A DNA stretch of 64,000 bases. Origin: the human T2T-CHM13v2.0 reference genome, Homo sapiens. Below are positions 45,161-57,399 of the stretch, piece by piece. Under the pieces are notes generated by a model. The model was not told where the DNA came from. It worked only from the letters and a program-made list of their open reading frames with translations, and searched no databases. The DNA lies in NCBI RefSeq assembly GCF_009914755.1, contig NC_060928.1. One strand, 5' to 3'. A program made the position numbers and the translations under genes. Within the stretch, counting starts at the first letter, position 1; every line of letters begins with the position of its first letter.

Positions 45161-45849
45161 AACAATAATTCTTGAATGAGTGAATAAATGAATGAATGGC
45201 TGTTATGGAGTTCACTTTCAACCTAACAGAGTATCAATATTTTCAAAACTGACCATCAAGGTATTTATATTCACTGGGCAAATTCACATGCTTCTGAGGA
45301 AATTAATTAGTATAGCTAAATAACATCATTTTAATTTTCTCTTTTGGTCTGCTTTACCTTGGGAAGTCTACAGCTTTAGGAAGAGGCAGATTAACAATGA
45401 TAAGTATGGTCAATGCATTCAGGATATTTCTGTCTAGCAATTTTTTATTGACTGATACTGGTAAAACTGTGCATTTCCTGGCCTAGTCTTATGGAAAGCC
45501 TAAGAAAACTGAAAAATCACTATTTGACTTGATAGATGACGGAACTCTGAAAGTGTTCATGTACTTGACTACTGTAGCTTTAGTTATTTTCATTCAGTGA
45601 TAAAGCACAAGTCTATATCCGAGAATATCTTATCCAATGTTCACCAGCTATAAAACCAAAGACAATGTTCTCTCTCATCAATAGCTCTGCAGAAAGAACT
45701 GTCTGGATAACGGGAATTGAGGCATTGCTGTGAACTAAAGCCCTGGCATTCTGCCCAGAACTCTATGTTCATCTAAAAAAAATGTACTTACTCTTTTCCA
45801 TGTACAAGGTAAGAATAGTAAGAAACCCAACAATGCATAATCAATAGTC

Positions 45850-46060
45850 CACATTCTGGAGTCAGAATGCCTGGTTCAAACCTCTGTGTGTTTCTTCCCA
45901 TTCAGATCATCTTGGACAAGTGATAGAACCACATAAAGCCTCAACTTCCTCATCAGTAAATGATTAGGGTAATTGTGTCCTTCTCCCAATAAAAAATGTT
46001 GTAAGATTAAATGAGGATAACTTGAATGCTTTTTAATCGTATGTGATCAATAGGAATAAT
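45850..46060 (+). mobile_element. MIR SINE
   Basis: TCTGGAGTCAGAATGCCTGGTTCAAA..CTTGGACAAGT..GCCTCAACTTCCTCATC..GATTAAATGAG. Confidence 0.75.
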
Positions 46061-47504
46061 TTTCAAAGCACTTTCTTAATATGAGACATAGAATAAGTAA
46101 TTAAATTATCATTCTGTAATGGGAGAATTACTGTTTATTGATCTGGGTATCAGACTCTAGACTGAAATTATCTATTGGGTTGCACCCATATACATGACTA
46201 TTTTAGTGGTACTTTATTTGATGTTCTTTAAATCAAACATAAACAGTTATAATTGAAACCACATAGTAGAATAAACTACACAGTCTTTACTAGACAATTA
46301 TTAACTCAAACATAAATATGTATTCAACAAGCTACAAATAGTATTAATTTGGCACTTATATTGATTTACTGTTTCCCATTCCTTGAATTAGTGGGACATT
46401 TTAGCCAGGAATCTCTGAAGTATATCTTTCTTCTGGTTACAATTATATCCCCATCTTTCATTGTTGAATCCTCTGTTGACCAAAATAATTATCCTGTGTA
46501 ATCAATGAAGCATTAGATCTTTTAATACCAATCTCTGAGATTCTTTATTCCCTCCTTCTTCAATAACTGTTATGTACAGTGCTGAAATTTAAGATTTTTC
46601 TCTTCTTTAGCACCTCTTCTGTAAAATGCTGGCCATAGATGCTTATCCCTTAGTACAAAGGATACAATACAGGAAATGACTAGCTCATTTATTTGCAAGG
46701 TGCTGTGGTTCTGTGCAATATCTCTTGGATCAGAATTCATGATTTTATAATCTTGCCCCTGTATCATTAAGAGAATGGGAGTGATTTGTATTACCAGCTG
46801 CTTTTCAGCAAGAGCAAAACTGTTTTCAGGTTGAGAATAACATCTAGGCAGTTAATATGCTACCTGGAAAAAAAATCATCCTCACTCATCAGATGTAAAG
46901 AACTTATCAGTTTACATAATTCTTACACTAACATGTAGCACTAACATGCACTAGTGTTTTTCCTAAAGTCATTAAGAGCTTAGACATTAAATTGTCATTT
47001 CATTACCCACATTTACTTGTTTGTTTAGATTATATTTTCACATATATTATAAATGCTTGATCCTCAAGGCACCCTGTGTGGGGGGCTGGGCAAACATCTC
47101 CCTCAGAAAATGCCAAGACTTGAGGAGCCACCTGAATGACTCTGTTGTGACTGGGAAAACCCAAGACAAGGACTCAGACTGTGAATCCACATCCAGTACT
47201 TGCTTTAGATGTCAGAATGTCTTCATCACATATCATCTTTATTGAACACCAGTTATTTCCTTGTCTTTAATTCAAAAAAATAAAGCTCACCAAAGGAAGA
47301 GACTAGTGTTAGACTTTTATACATTATTTTCATTTCTGTTGTCAACACAAGTTCTATGTGACATTCTAGTCATTTGGGTGCATAAGTAAATAATATTTAC
47401 TATCCTTATTCCTACATAGCAATTAATGGAAATAAAGTACAAAGTAGAATATTAAATCTCTAAAAAGGATGACTCATGATCATGACACCTGGTGTACATT
47501 GGCA

Positions 47505-47730
47505 ACAGTGTAATACAATGAGAAAAGCACAGGCATAGGCACAGGTAGGCATGGGTTTAGGTAAACTCTGCCTCTTATTATTAATAGTTGTTTGACATTG
47601 GCAAGCCATTTATGCAGCCTGACCTTTAGTTTCTTCCCATGTAAAATGGATATTGACTCCTAATTAACAAGATTGTTTTGAGTGTGCTAAAATATGTAAA
47701 AGAGTGAATGACATACATTCAATATTCAAT
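47505..47730 (+). mobile_element. MIR SINE
   Basis: GTTGTTTGACATTGGCAAGCCATTTA..CTTTAGTTTCTTCCCATGTAAAATGG. Confidence 0.65.
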
Positions 47731-47919
47731 ACATATTAAACATTATAAAAATTGATTATATGGCTTAGAAAACTTGAAGTATGGAGAAATCAGAGAACAT
47801 TTCGAATGTCAGAAAATAATATATTGTTAGAGCTTGAAAATAGTCAGTGAGTCATCACACGGTTGTTTACTCACTTCAAATGAGATCAACAATCAAGTGT
47901 TTTCATTTATAGAAAAAAA

Positions 47920-49560
47920 CACTGATAGTTCTTGGTGTGAACTGTTTAGAGAGTTAGGCAAAATAAATGTATTTGACACTCCTGATTCATCGCTCATGAG
48001 AGGCAAGTTTAGTGACTCTAAACATAAAACCTTTGACCATGTGGAGAACCAAGGAACATAATGAAGCTGGTTGGTTGCTCCTAAGTTCAGTGGACAAAGT
48101 GATGAAAGAAATTATTAACTCAGGGATTCTGTCTCCCGGCTTCAGAAGAAGATGCTGAGACTCAAATCTGCTAAGATTGCCCAGAATGAAAATCTTATCT
48201 CCTGTAAAGAAAGAGCTGAAATTGTGGAAAAACAGACACAAGCTTTTATCATGCGAGTGGCTGACCTGCAACTAAAGGTGCGTGGACAGCCTCACCAGGT
48301 GTCTACTGTTAAAGTGAGGGCATTGATTGGAAAAGAATAGGACCCTGCAACTTGGAATGGGGTTGTGTGAGAGGACCCTGATGAAGCTGGGGACACTGAG
48401 TTTGTAAACTCTGATGAACCTTTTCTGCCAGAAGGAAGAGGTTGCTGATCCCCAGTAGTGGCAACATCCCCTCCCTGACCCATGCTGCCATCAGCCTTTC
48501 CACCTTTGAGGAGATAAACCCTGCACTGCCTCAGGCAACAGTAATGGCCTCTCCTATGGCAGTTGCCAGGCAAGATAATGTTGATTATCCTCAGGAGCCA
48601 TCCCCAACACCCTGTTTGCTTCTAGACCTATAAAGTCCTGGTGGGCCCCTAGAGGTGCGGTTGAGAGAGTGACCCATGAGTAGGTGTGCTACACTAAAAA
48701 AGAACTGCTTAAATTACCTAATTTATATAAACAGAAATCTGGAGAACAGGCATGGGAATGGATATTAAGGGTGTGGGATAATGATGGAAGGAACACAGAG
48801 TTGGGTCAGGCTGAATTTATTAATTTGGGACCACTAAGTAGGGACTCTGCATTTAATGTTACAGCTCTGGGAGTTAAAAAAGGTTCTAATAATTTATTTG
48901 CTTGGTTAGCTGAAATATGGATTAAAAGTTGGCCCACTGTGAGTGAGCTGGAAATACCTGATCTCCGTTGGTTTAATGTAGAGAAGGAATCCAAAGGCTT
49001 AGCGAGATTGGGATGGTGGAATGGATTAGTCACTTTAGAGTTACTCATCCCAGCTGGGAGGATGTAGAAGATATACTCTTGATGAATGCCTTGCTAAATA
49101 GATTGGTGAGGGTAGCACCTGCATCTTTGAAGAGCCCTGCAATTGCTCTTCTCTGTGTGTCAGATCTAACAGTGGGAACCACAGTAACTCAACTACAAAA
49201 TGTAAATACGATGGGAATAATTGTATCCTGAGGTGACAGGGGTAAAGTGGCAGCAGTCAACTGTCCAAGGCAAGGTGGGCATAGCTGCCATAATGGACAG
49301 CAGAGCCAAAGCAGCAATCAGAATAGTCTGACTCCAGTAGAGCTCTGGCATTGGCTAATTAATCATGGTTTCTTAAAAGTGAAATTGACAGGGAGCCTAC
49401 TGTATTCCTACTTAATTTATATAAACAGAAAACTTCTAGGTCAAATGAACAAAAGACTAATTTGAATTATGAAAACAGAGAATCATGGCCCCTCAGTTTT
49501 CAGACTTGAGCCAGTTTACAGACCCAGAATGCCTTGAATGATGGGGAGGCCGGGTCCCCT
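47920..49560 (+). pseudogene. HERV-L gag remnant (multiple stops and frameshifts)
   Basis: Fragments such as LYKQKSGEQAWEWILRVWDNDGRN..EFINLGPLSRDSAFN and LTPVELWHWLINHG. Confidence 0.8.
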
Positions 49561-49589
49561 TGAGGAAAGACCCCACTACCTTACCAACA

Positions 49590-52500
49590 ATTTATGCAAT
49601 TGAGTCTTTCTCCCATCTTTCCCCAAGGACACAGCCAGCCTTTTACCAGGGTAACTGTGCATTGGGAACAGGGAAATGATCAGACATTCTGGGGACTACT
49701 GGACACTGGCTCTGAACTGACGTTGACTCTAGGGGACCCAAAATATCATTGTGGTCCTCCAGTTAAAGTAGGGGCTTATGGTGGTCAGGTAATTCACTGA
49801 GTTTTAGCTCAGATCTGACTTCCAGTGGGTCCAGTGGGTCCCTGGACTCATCCTGTGGTCATTTCCCCAGTATCAGAATGCATTATTGGCATAGACATAT
49901 TTAGTAGCTGGTGGAACCCCCACATTGGCTCCCTGACTGGTATGGTGAGGGCTATTATGGTGGGAAAGGCCAAATTGAAGCCATTAGAGCTGCCCCTCCC
50001 TAGAAAAATAGTAAATCAAAAACAATATCACATCCCTAGAGGGACTGTGGAGATTAGTGCCACCGTCAAGGACTTGGAAGATGGAGGGGTGGTGATTCCC
50101 ATCACATCCCCATTCAACTCTCCCATTTGGCCTGTGCAGAAGACAGATGGATCTTGGAAAATGACAGTGGATTATCATAAGCTTAACCAAGTGGTGACTA
50201 CAATTGCAGCTGCTGTACCAGGTGTGGTTTCATTGCTTGAGCAAATTAACACATCTCATGGTACCTGGTATGCAACCATTGACTTGGCAAATGCCTTTTT
50301 CTCCATTCCTGTTCATAAAGCCCACCAAAAGCCATTTCCCTCGTCTAGCAAGACCAGAAATATACCTTTACTGTTTTACCTCAGGGTTTGTGTCATAATC
50401 TTATTCAGAGAGACCTTGATTGCTTTTTGCTTCTGCAAGATATCACACTGGTGCATTACATTGATGACATTATGCTGATTGGATCCAGTGAGCAAGAAGT
50501 AGCAAATGCACTGGACTTATTGGTGAGACATTTGCATGCCAGAAGATGGGAAATAAATCCAACTAAAATTCAGGAACCCTCTACCTCAGTAAAATTTCCA
50601 GGGGTCCCTTGGTGTGGGACCTGTCAAGATATTCCTTCTAAGGTGAAGGATAAGTTGCTGCATTTGGCCCCTCCTACCATCAAGAAAGAGGCACAATGCC
50701 TAGTCAGCCTATTTGGATTTTGGAGGAAACACATTCTTCATTTGGGTGTGTTACTCCTGCCCATTTATCGAGTGACCCAAAAGGCTGTCAGTTTGGAGTG
50801 AAGTCCAGAATAGGAGAAGGCTCTGCAATAGGTCCAGGCTGCTGTGCAAGCTGCTCTGCCACTTGGGCCATATGACCAAGAAGATCCAATCATGCTTGAG
50901 GTGTCAGTGACAGATAGAGATGCTGTTTGGAGCATTTGGTAGGCCCCCATAGGTGAATCACAGGAGACACCTCTAGGATTTTGGAGCAAGGCCCTGCCAT
51001 CTTCTGCAGATACCTACTCTCTTTTTGAGAGACAGCTTTTGGCCTCTTACTGGGCTTTGGTGGAAACTGAATGTTTGACTATGGATCATCAAGTCACCAT
51101 GAGACCTGAACTGCCTGTCATGAACTGGGTGCTTTCTGACCCATCTAGCCATAAAGTGGGTCATGTACAGTGCATTCCATCATAAAACGGAAGTGTTATA
51201 TATGTGATCATGCTCAAGCAGGTCCTGAAGGCACAAATAAGTGACATGAGGAAGTGGCTCAAATGCCCACGGTCTCCACTCCTGCCACAGTCTTCTCTCC
51301 CTGAGCCTGTACCGATGGCCTCATGGGGAGTTCCCTATGATCAGCTGTATGAAGGAGAGAAGCCTAGGACCTGGTTCATAGATGGTTCTGCACGATATGC
51401 AGGCACCATCCAAAAGTGGACAGCTGCAGCCCTACAGCCCCTTTCTAGGACATCCCTGAAGGAAAGTAGTGAAGGGAAATCTTCCCAGTGGGCAGAACTT
51501 TGAGCAGTGCACCTGGTTGTGCACTTTGCATGGAAGGAAAAATGGCCAGATGTGTGATTATATAGTGGTTCATGGACTGTAGTCAATGGTTTGGCTGGAT
51601 GATCAGGGACTTGGAAGAAGCATGATTGGAAAATTGGTGACAAAGAAATTTGGGGAAAAGGTGTGGATAGACCTCTCTGAGTGGTTAAAACAACTTTGAA
51701 GATATTTGTATCTCATTTGAGTGTCCACCAACGGTGACCTCAGCAGAAGAGGACCTTAATAATCAAGTGGATAAGATGACCTGTTCTGTGGACACCACTC
51801 AGCCTCTTTCCCTAATCACCCCTGTCATCACCCAAAGGGGCCCACGAACAAAGTGGCCATGGTGGCCGGGATGGAGGTTACACATGGGCTCAGCAACCTG
51901 GACTTCCACTCACCTAAGCTGACCTGGTTATGGCCACTGCTGAGTTCCCAATTTGCCAGCAGCAGAGACCAACACTAAGCCCTCAATATGGCACCATTCC
52001 TCAGATGGTGCCAGATACCCAGTAGCATTTTGATTATATTGGACCTCTTCCATCATGGAAAGGGCAGAGGTTTGTCCTCACTGGAATAGACTCTTACTCT
52101 GAATAAGAGTTTGCCTATCCTGCGTGCAATGCTTCTGCCAAGACTACCATTCGCGGACTCATAGAATGCCCTATCCACCATCATGGTATTCCACACAGCA
52201 TTGCCTCTGGCCAAGGCACTCACTTTACAGCTAAAGCAGTGTGGCAGTGAGCTCATGCTCATTGAATTCGCTGGTCTTACTACGTTCCCTATTATCCTGA
52301 AGCAGCTGGATTGATAGAATGGTAGAATAGCCATTGGAAGTCACAACACCAACTAGGTGACAATACTTTGCAGGGCTGGGACAAAGTTCTCCAGAAGGCT
52401 GTGTATGCTCTGAATCAGCATCCAATATGTTTTTTGCATAGCCAGGATCCATGGGTCCAGCAATCAAGGGGTGGAAGTGGAAGTGGCGCCACTCACCATC
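49590..52500 (+). pseudogene. HERV-L pro-pol remnant
   Basis: Protease LLDTGSE (DTG at 49702-49710); [30 protein letters not shown] and YIDD (50457-50468); RNase H WFIDGS; integrase remnants ~51840-52500; broken by stops and frameshifts. Confidence 0.92.
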
Positions 52501-52529
52501 ACCCACAGTGATCCAAGGGCAACATTTTT

Positions 52530-53017
52530 GCTTCCTGTTCCCACAACATTACGTTCTGCTGGCCTAGAGGTCTTTGTTCCCAGAGAGGAATGCTGCCACC
52601 AGGATGCACAACAACTGTTCCATTAAACTGGAAGTTAAGATTGCCACCTGGACACTTTGGGCTCCTCCTACCTTTAAGTCAACAGGCTAGAAAGGGAGTT
52701 ACAGTTTGGCTGGGGTGACTGACCTAGACTAACAAGATGAAATCAGTCTACCAGTCCACAACGGAGATAAGGAAGAGTATGCATTGAACATAGGAGAACC
52801 ATTAGGGCGTCTCTTAGTGTTACCATGCCCTGTGATTAAGGTCAATGGGAAACTACAACAGCTCAATCCAGGCAGGACTACAAATCTCTCACATCCTTCA
52901 GGAATGAAGGTTTGGGTCACTCCACCAGGGAAAAAACCATCACCTGCTGAGGTGCTTGCTGAAGGCAAAGGAAATGCGGAATGGGTAGCAGAAGGTAATA
53001 ATCAATATCAGCTATGA
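52530..53017 (+). pseudogene. HERV-L dUTPase and C-terminal domain remnant
   Basis: Hand translation LPVPTTLRSAGLEV..MLPPG..VPLNWKLRLPPGHFGLLL; dUTPase downstream of integrase is characteristic of ERV-L. Confidence 0.8.
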
Positions 53018-53349
53018 CCATGTGACCAGCTGCAGAAATGAGGACTGTAATTGTCATAAGTATTTCTTCCTTCTTTTGTTAAAAACATGTTTGTGCATGT
53101 ATGCTCTTGTACTAAGAAAATATCATCGTTTTATTTCCTTTCTCTTTTATCATGGGACATAAGATTTATTGACTTCAGCATTTAAACATTGTGAACTTTA
53201 CGTAATAGTATTTGAGTTGGGGCTTGGTGCATTTCCAGTTGTATGTAGGATAGTTGTATTATGTTAGGCATAATTATTACCTTATTATTGTGAGGATTAT
53301 GTATGATCTCAGGAGATGTGTATGGGTTCGAGTTGACAAGGGGTGGACT

Positions 53350-53791
53350 TGAGATGGTTAATACTGAGTGTCAACTTGATTGGATGGAAGGATGCAAAGT
53401 ATTGATCCTGGGTGTGTCTGTGAGGGTGTTGCCAAAGGAGATTAACATTTGAGTCAGTAGGCTGGGAAAGGCAGACCCACCCTTAATATGGGTGGGCACA
53501 ATCTAATCAGCTGCCAGCGGGCTAGAAAATAAACAGGCAGAAAAATGTGAAAAGAGAGATTGGCCTAGCCTTCCAGCCTACATCTTTCTCCCATGCTGGA
53601 CACTTTCTGCTCTCAAACATCAGACTCCAAGTTCTTCAGTTTTGGGACTCGGACTGCTCTCCTTGCTCCTCAGCCTGCAGACAGCCTATTGTGGGACCTT
53701 GTGATTGTGTGAGTTAATACTTAATAAACTCTCCTTTATGTATATATCTATTCCATTAGTTCTGTCCCTCTAGAGAACCCTGAATAATAGA
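53350..53791 (+). mobile_element. MLT2A1/A2 3' LTR of HERV-L
   Basis: TGAGATGGTTAATACTGAGTGTCAACTTGATTGG start; AATAAA ~53723; end TCTGTCCCTCTAGAGAACCCTGAATAATAGA. Confidence 0.95.
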
Positions 53792-54615
53792 GGCTTAGAA
53801 CATGTTGCATAGGCCCCTTAACCACCACAAGATATCTGCCTAATCGCAGTTCTGTAATTCTTAGTCTTGGTACTGAAACAGGCCCAGTATGAAAACTGTT
53901 GTGTAGGAAAGCTTGACTTGGCATTAAGCCAAGGGAAATATAAGAACTTACAGTGCCTTGTTTATAAAAGGTACAGGGAATTGCTTATGACTTGTAAATG
54001 CTACATCAAATGGTTGACATAATTTCAGTAGCACCATGCTTGGGCATTACAACAAATATAGCAGCAGTTATTTCTGCTGTGTACAGCTAAAAAACAGGCT
54101 TTTCCCACTAAAAATCGAATCTGAAAGTTCCTTGTTTCATGTGTGATTAATGGTGGCTACACTCCATTCTCATTCAGGAATGAGAACAGAGGATTGAAGG
54201 AGTCATTGAGTATCCAAAGATTCATATTTTTATGCACATTTTAAAGATGATTAATGTGGACTTCTGAATACATAATTTTAGTATATTTACAAGGAGATTT
54301 CAAAGAACTGTACCATCTTAAAACATTTTTTCTAACCAGTATTAATGGGTTGAAAATAAACATAAATATATTTATTTGTAAGTTCTGAATATAATAATTT
54401 CAGTAGGCCCACCACAATATCACACAATGAAATAATAATCTTATATATTATCACTATATAATAGATATTAACTCTAGGGTTTCTGCTTTTACATTTCCTT
54501 GTATGTTTGCTTAACAAATATTTTCTCATTTAGATATAAGACCACAAAGTTGCACTGATTTATCAAACAAAGTAAAATAATATAAACCCCTAGGTTGCAT
54601 TAAAATTTCACTGTA

Positions 54616-54745
54616 GATGGGCACCCTGGCCTGCACTTGTAGTCCCAGTTATTTGAGAGGCTGAGGAAAGAGGATCACTTGAGCCCAGGAGTTTGAGGCC
54701 AGCCTGTCCAACACAGTGAGACTCCTTCTCCAAAAATAAATTAAT
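54616..54745 (+). mobile_element. FLAM (free left Alu monomer)
   Basis: Single monomer GAGGATCACTTGAGCCCAGGAGTTTGAGGCCAGCCTG followed by an A-rich tail. Confidence 0.85.
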
Positions 54746-56257
54746 TAATTAAATTGTTGAATTAGTGCTTGGTGCTATCTGATTCTGCATTTTCTACTGA
54801 ACTATTAAAAGAGTTCTGATAAAGATGCCCCCAGCTACAGCCCTCAAACAAGCCATTTTCTTAGCTTAATTTTGAACTGCATATCTAGTCTCAAATCAGC
54901 TGACTTTATTGAAACTGGCTGAATCATGGCACAGAGATGCAGAGGAAAGAGATGGGAAAGAGAGATACACAAATGTCAGTAGTTCACCAAAAGTGTCTTT
55001 CCAAGCATCTGCCATTGGAAAATTCATTCCTTAAAAAATAGAGGCAGAACTATTGTTAGGAACAGTGCACACTTTGTTTTATACATAGTGTTCTTTTTAT
55101 TATGGTGTAATGAGTTTCTAGTCTACCTGAAATATATTTTCTACACTGCTATTAGAAAAAAATATTCTATAGACATTTCCCCAACAGAACAGTCTTTGTT
55201 ACCATTCTTTATTAAAATTCACCCAAGATAAAAATGACACAGATTAAATTTGTATTATAAAAGTAAAAAAGGACATCATCATTTTCTTATATGAAATTAT
55301 TATTTTGATGTAATGAATTATCAGTAAACAAATCCCTATGTCATTTTAATGCTTGAATCTTCAATGGACTTTTACAACTGAATACTAACAAAAAGGTAAA
55401 GACACACATCCCTGAACATAACTGGTGGGTTGAATAAACATAACTAAACAACTATGATCAACACAACTTCATGTACTATTTCTCACGGTCCTTTCAAAAT
55501 TTATTCATAGTTACTTTTTCTTGTTTTCATTAAAAAAATTTATGTGATGACTTTGTTTCAAAAAATCCTTTGAATTACATAGTTAGGATTGTTCAGTACA
55601 ATAGCTTAAATCTTCATGATTCATTAAAAAATAAAATTTCTTGCCACTTCTCCTTGCAATGTTCAATGATCTCCATCCCTCACCCTCCAGTATTACTGAG
55701 TATCGAGTAGGATGTATCTTTCCTGTGAGGGAGTATGATTAACTGTGATTAACTTTTTTTCCTGTTCTGCTGATAATGTTCCTCAAGCTTCTAGTCTTTC
55801 TGGGATTGGATTTTGGAGAAAATCGGATACAGAAAATTTCTACTAATTGGCATGGTGGTAAGATATCTTTATATTCTTTGATTGGCATAGATGTAAATTC
55901 AAATCTTGGTCTCATAGTTGCTTTTGTGGAACCCTCTGACAGACTGTGCACCACACAATCTCTTCTGTGCAGCCCCTGGCTTCCCAGTGGTCCATTCCCA
56001 CACAGCCCCCCACACACCTGCTCTCTTGGGCAAGAATCAAGAGGGCTCTTTCTGGCAATTACTTTTCTGTGGCACAGGGTTTTGTTACGTTCTTTTCTTC
56101 TTCTGAATAGAAACAGACCACTGCTCTGCTGCAAAGCTCTAAATTTCTCAGTCTCTGTCAGCATTCTTGCTAAGTCTCCATTATGGGGCATACTCTCTGC
56201 ATAGTCCCTTTGGGGCCAGTCTCACTGGGGATTGGGAGGTAGAGTCCCTCCACATTT

Positions 56258-56419
56258 TGGCTAGCCAGAATTATCAAATAAAGTACACCTACCTTAATTT
56301 TAATTTCAAATAAGAAATAAATAGTACAGTTTTTAGGACAAATTTATATAAAAATTATGTATTGTTTAACTAAATATTCAAATGTAATGGAAGTCCTCTA
56401 TTATATCTGGTTACTCTAT
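56258..56419. mobile_element. MER53-like hAT MITE
   Basis: GCCAGAATTATCAAATAAA ... TATTATATCTGGTTACTCTA, degenerate palindromic structure. Confidence 0.6.
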
Positions 56420-56721
56420 CTACCTTCCCCTTGTCTTTGAGTGGGACAAGACGGCATCTTTCTCCAGTAATGTCTCTTCTCCAATTCTCCTTCTCAACTC
56501 TTCTTTGATTCTTGGCTATAATTCTAATAGGTGAAGGTAGGGAATTTAGTTCTTAGACATATATTTCTTTTGACTAATGCAGTTGGTCTATCTCACAAGT
56601 CACTGTCTCTACGACTCATTTAACGTGAGAAATCTGTCTTATCTCAGGGCCTTAGTTTAAACTTTAAATTTAACTTCCTATTTAATATATGTGAAACAAC
56701 ACTATCTCTATAAAATATTAA

Positions 56722-57006
<285 letters not shown>

Positions 57007-57346
57007 TAGACTCTTCACTGCCCTGTAGATTCACCTTTAAGTATTTTGAAATCACAGTGTTTGGTCATTTCTTATTATTGCAATTTTTAGTCTGATGCCT
57101 TAGTTCTTCCAGGAGCAAGAGTCCCAATATTCCTGGAACTGCACTTTCTAGTCTCACCCATGATCTTCCATGATTCTTTTCTGTATTCACTTGGGCTAAG
57201 AGTGGGCCTCTGACCCAAATCAGGACAGCCAGAATTGTCCACTGATAATTTATATCAAATCTAAAAAAAAATCCATTGAGTTAAACATTTACCATATAAA
57301 ATTCAGAAGATACAATTTATTCTATTTCTTACCTTCTATGAAAAAC

Positions 57347-57399
57347 AATTTAGGTAACAGGTAATTTAGGTAACTTATTAAATTTAGGTAACTTATTAA
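57347..57399. repeat. 18-bp tandem repeat AATTTAGGTAACTTATTA (two full copies plus a partial)
   Basis: Directly visible. Confidence 0.8.

Larger units (their letters stand above)
47909..53349 (+). mobile_element. HERV-L internal region, 5'-truncated and decayed
   Basis: Colinear gag, protease, RT, RNase H, integrase and dUTPase remnants; no env; polypurine tract AAGGGGTGGAC at 53338-53348 just before the LTR. Confidence 0.95.

Noticed and set aside
47762-47770. GGCTTAGAA also found right after the 3' LTR (53792-53800), a possible TSD
   Set aside because: It is ~140 bp from the proviral edge and not followed by LTR sequence; ERV-L TSDs are 5 bp and abut the LTR. Probably coincidental.
47834-53017. 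Functional or domesticated ERV-L gag/pol gene
   Set aside because: All domains are broken by stops and frameshifts; the longest piece is 217 aa.
55739-56204. Overlapping antisense ORFs of 150 and 142 aa
   Set aside because: No recognisable domain, composition or exon structure; ORFs of this size arise by chance.
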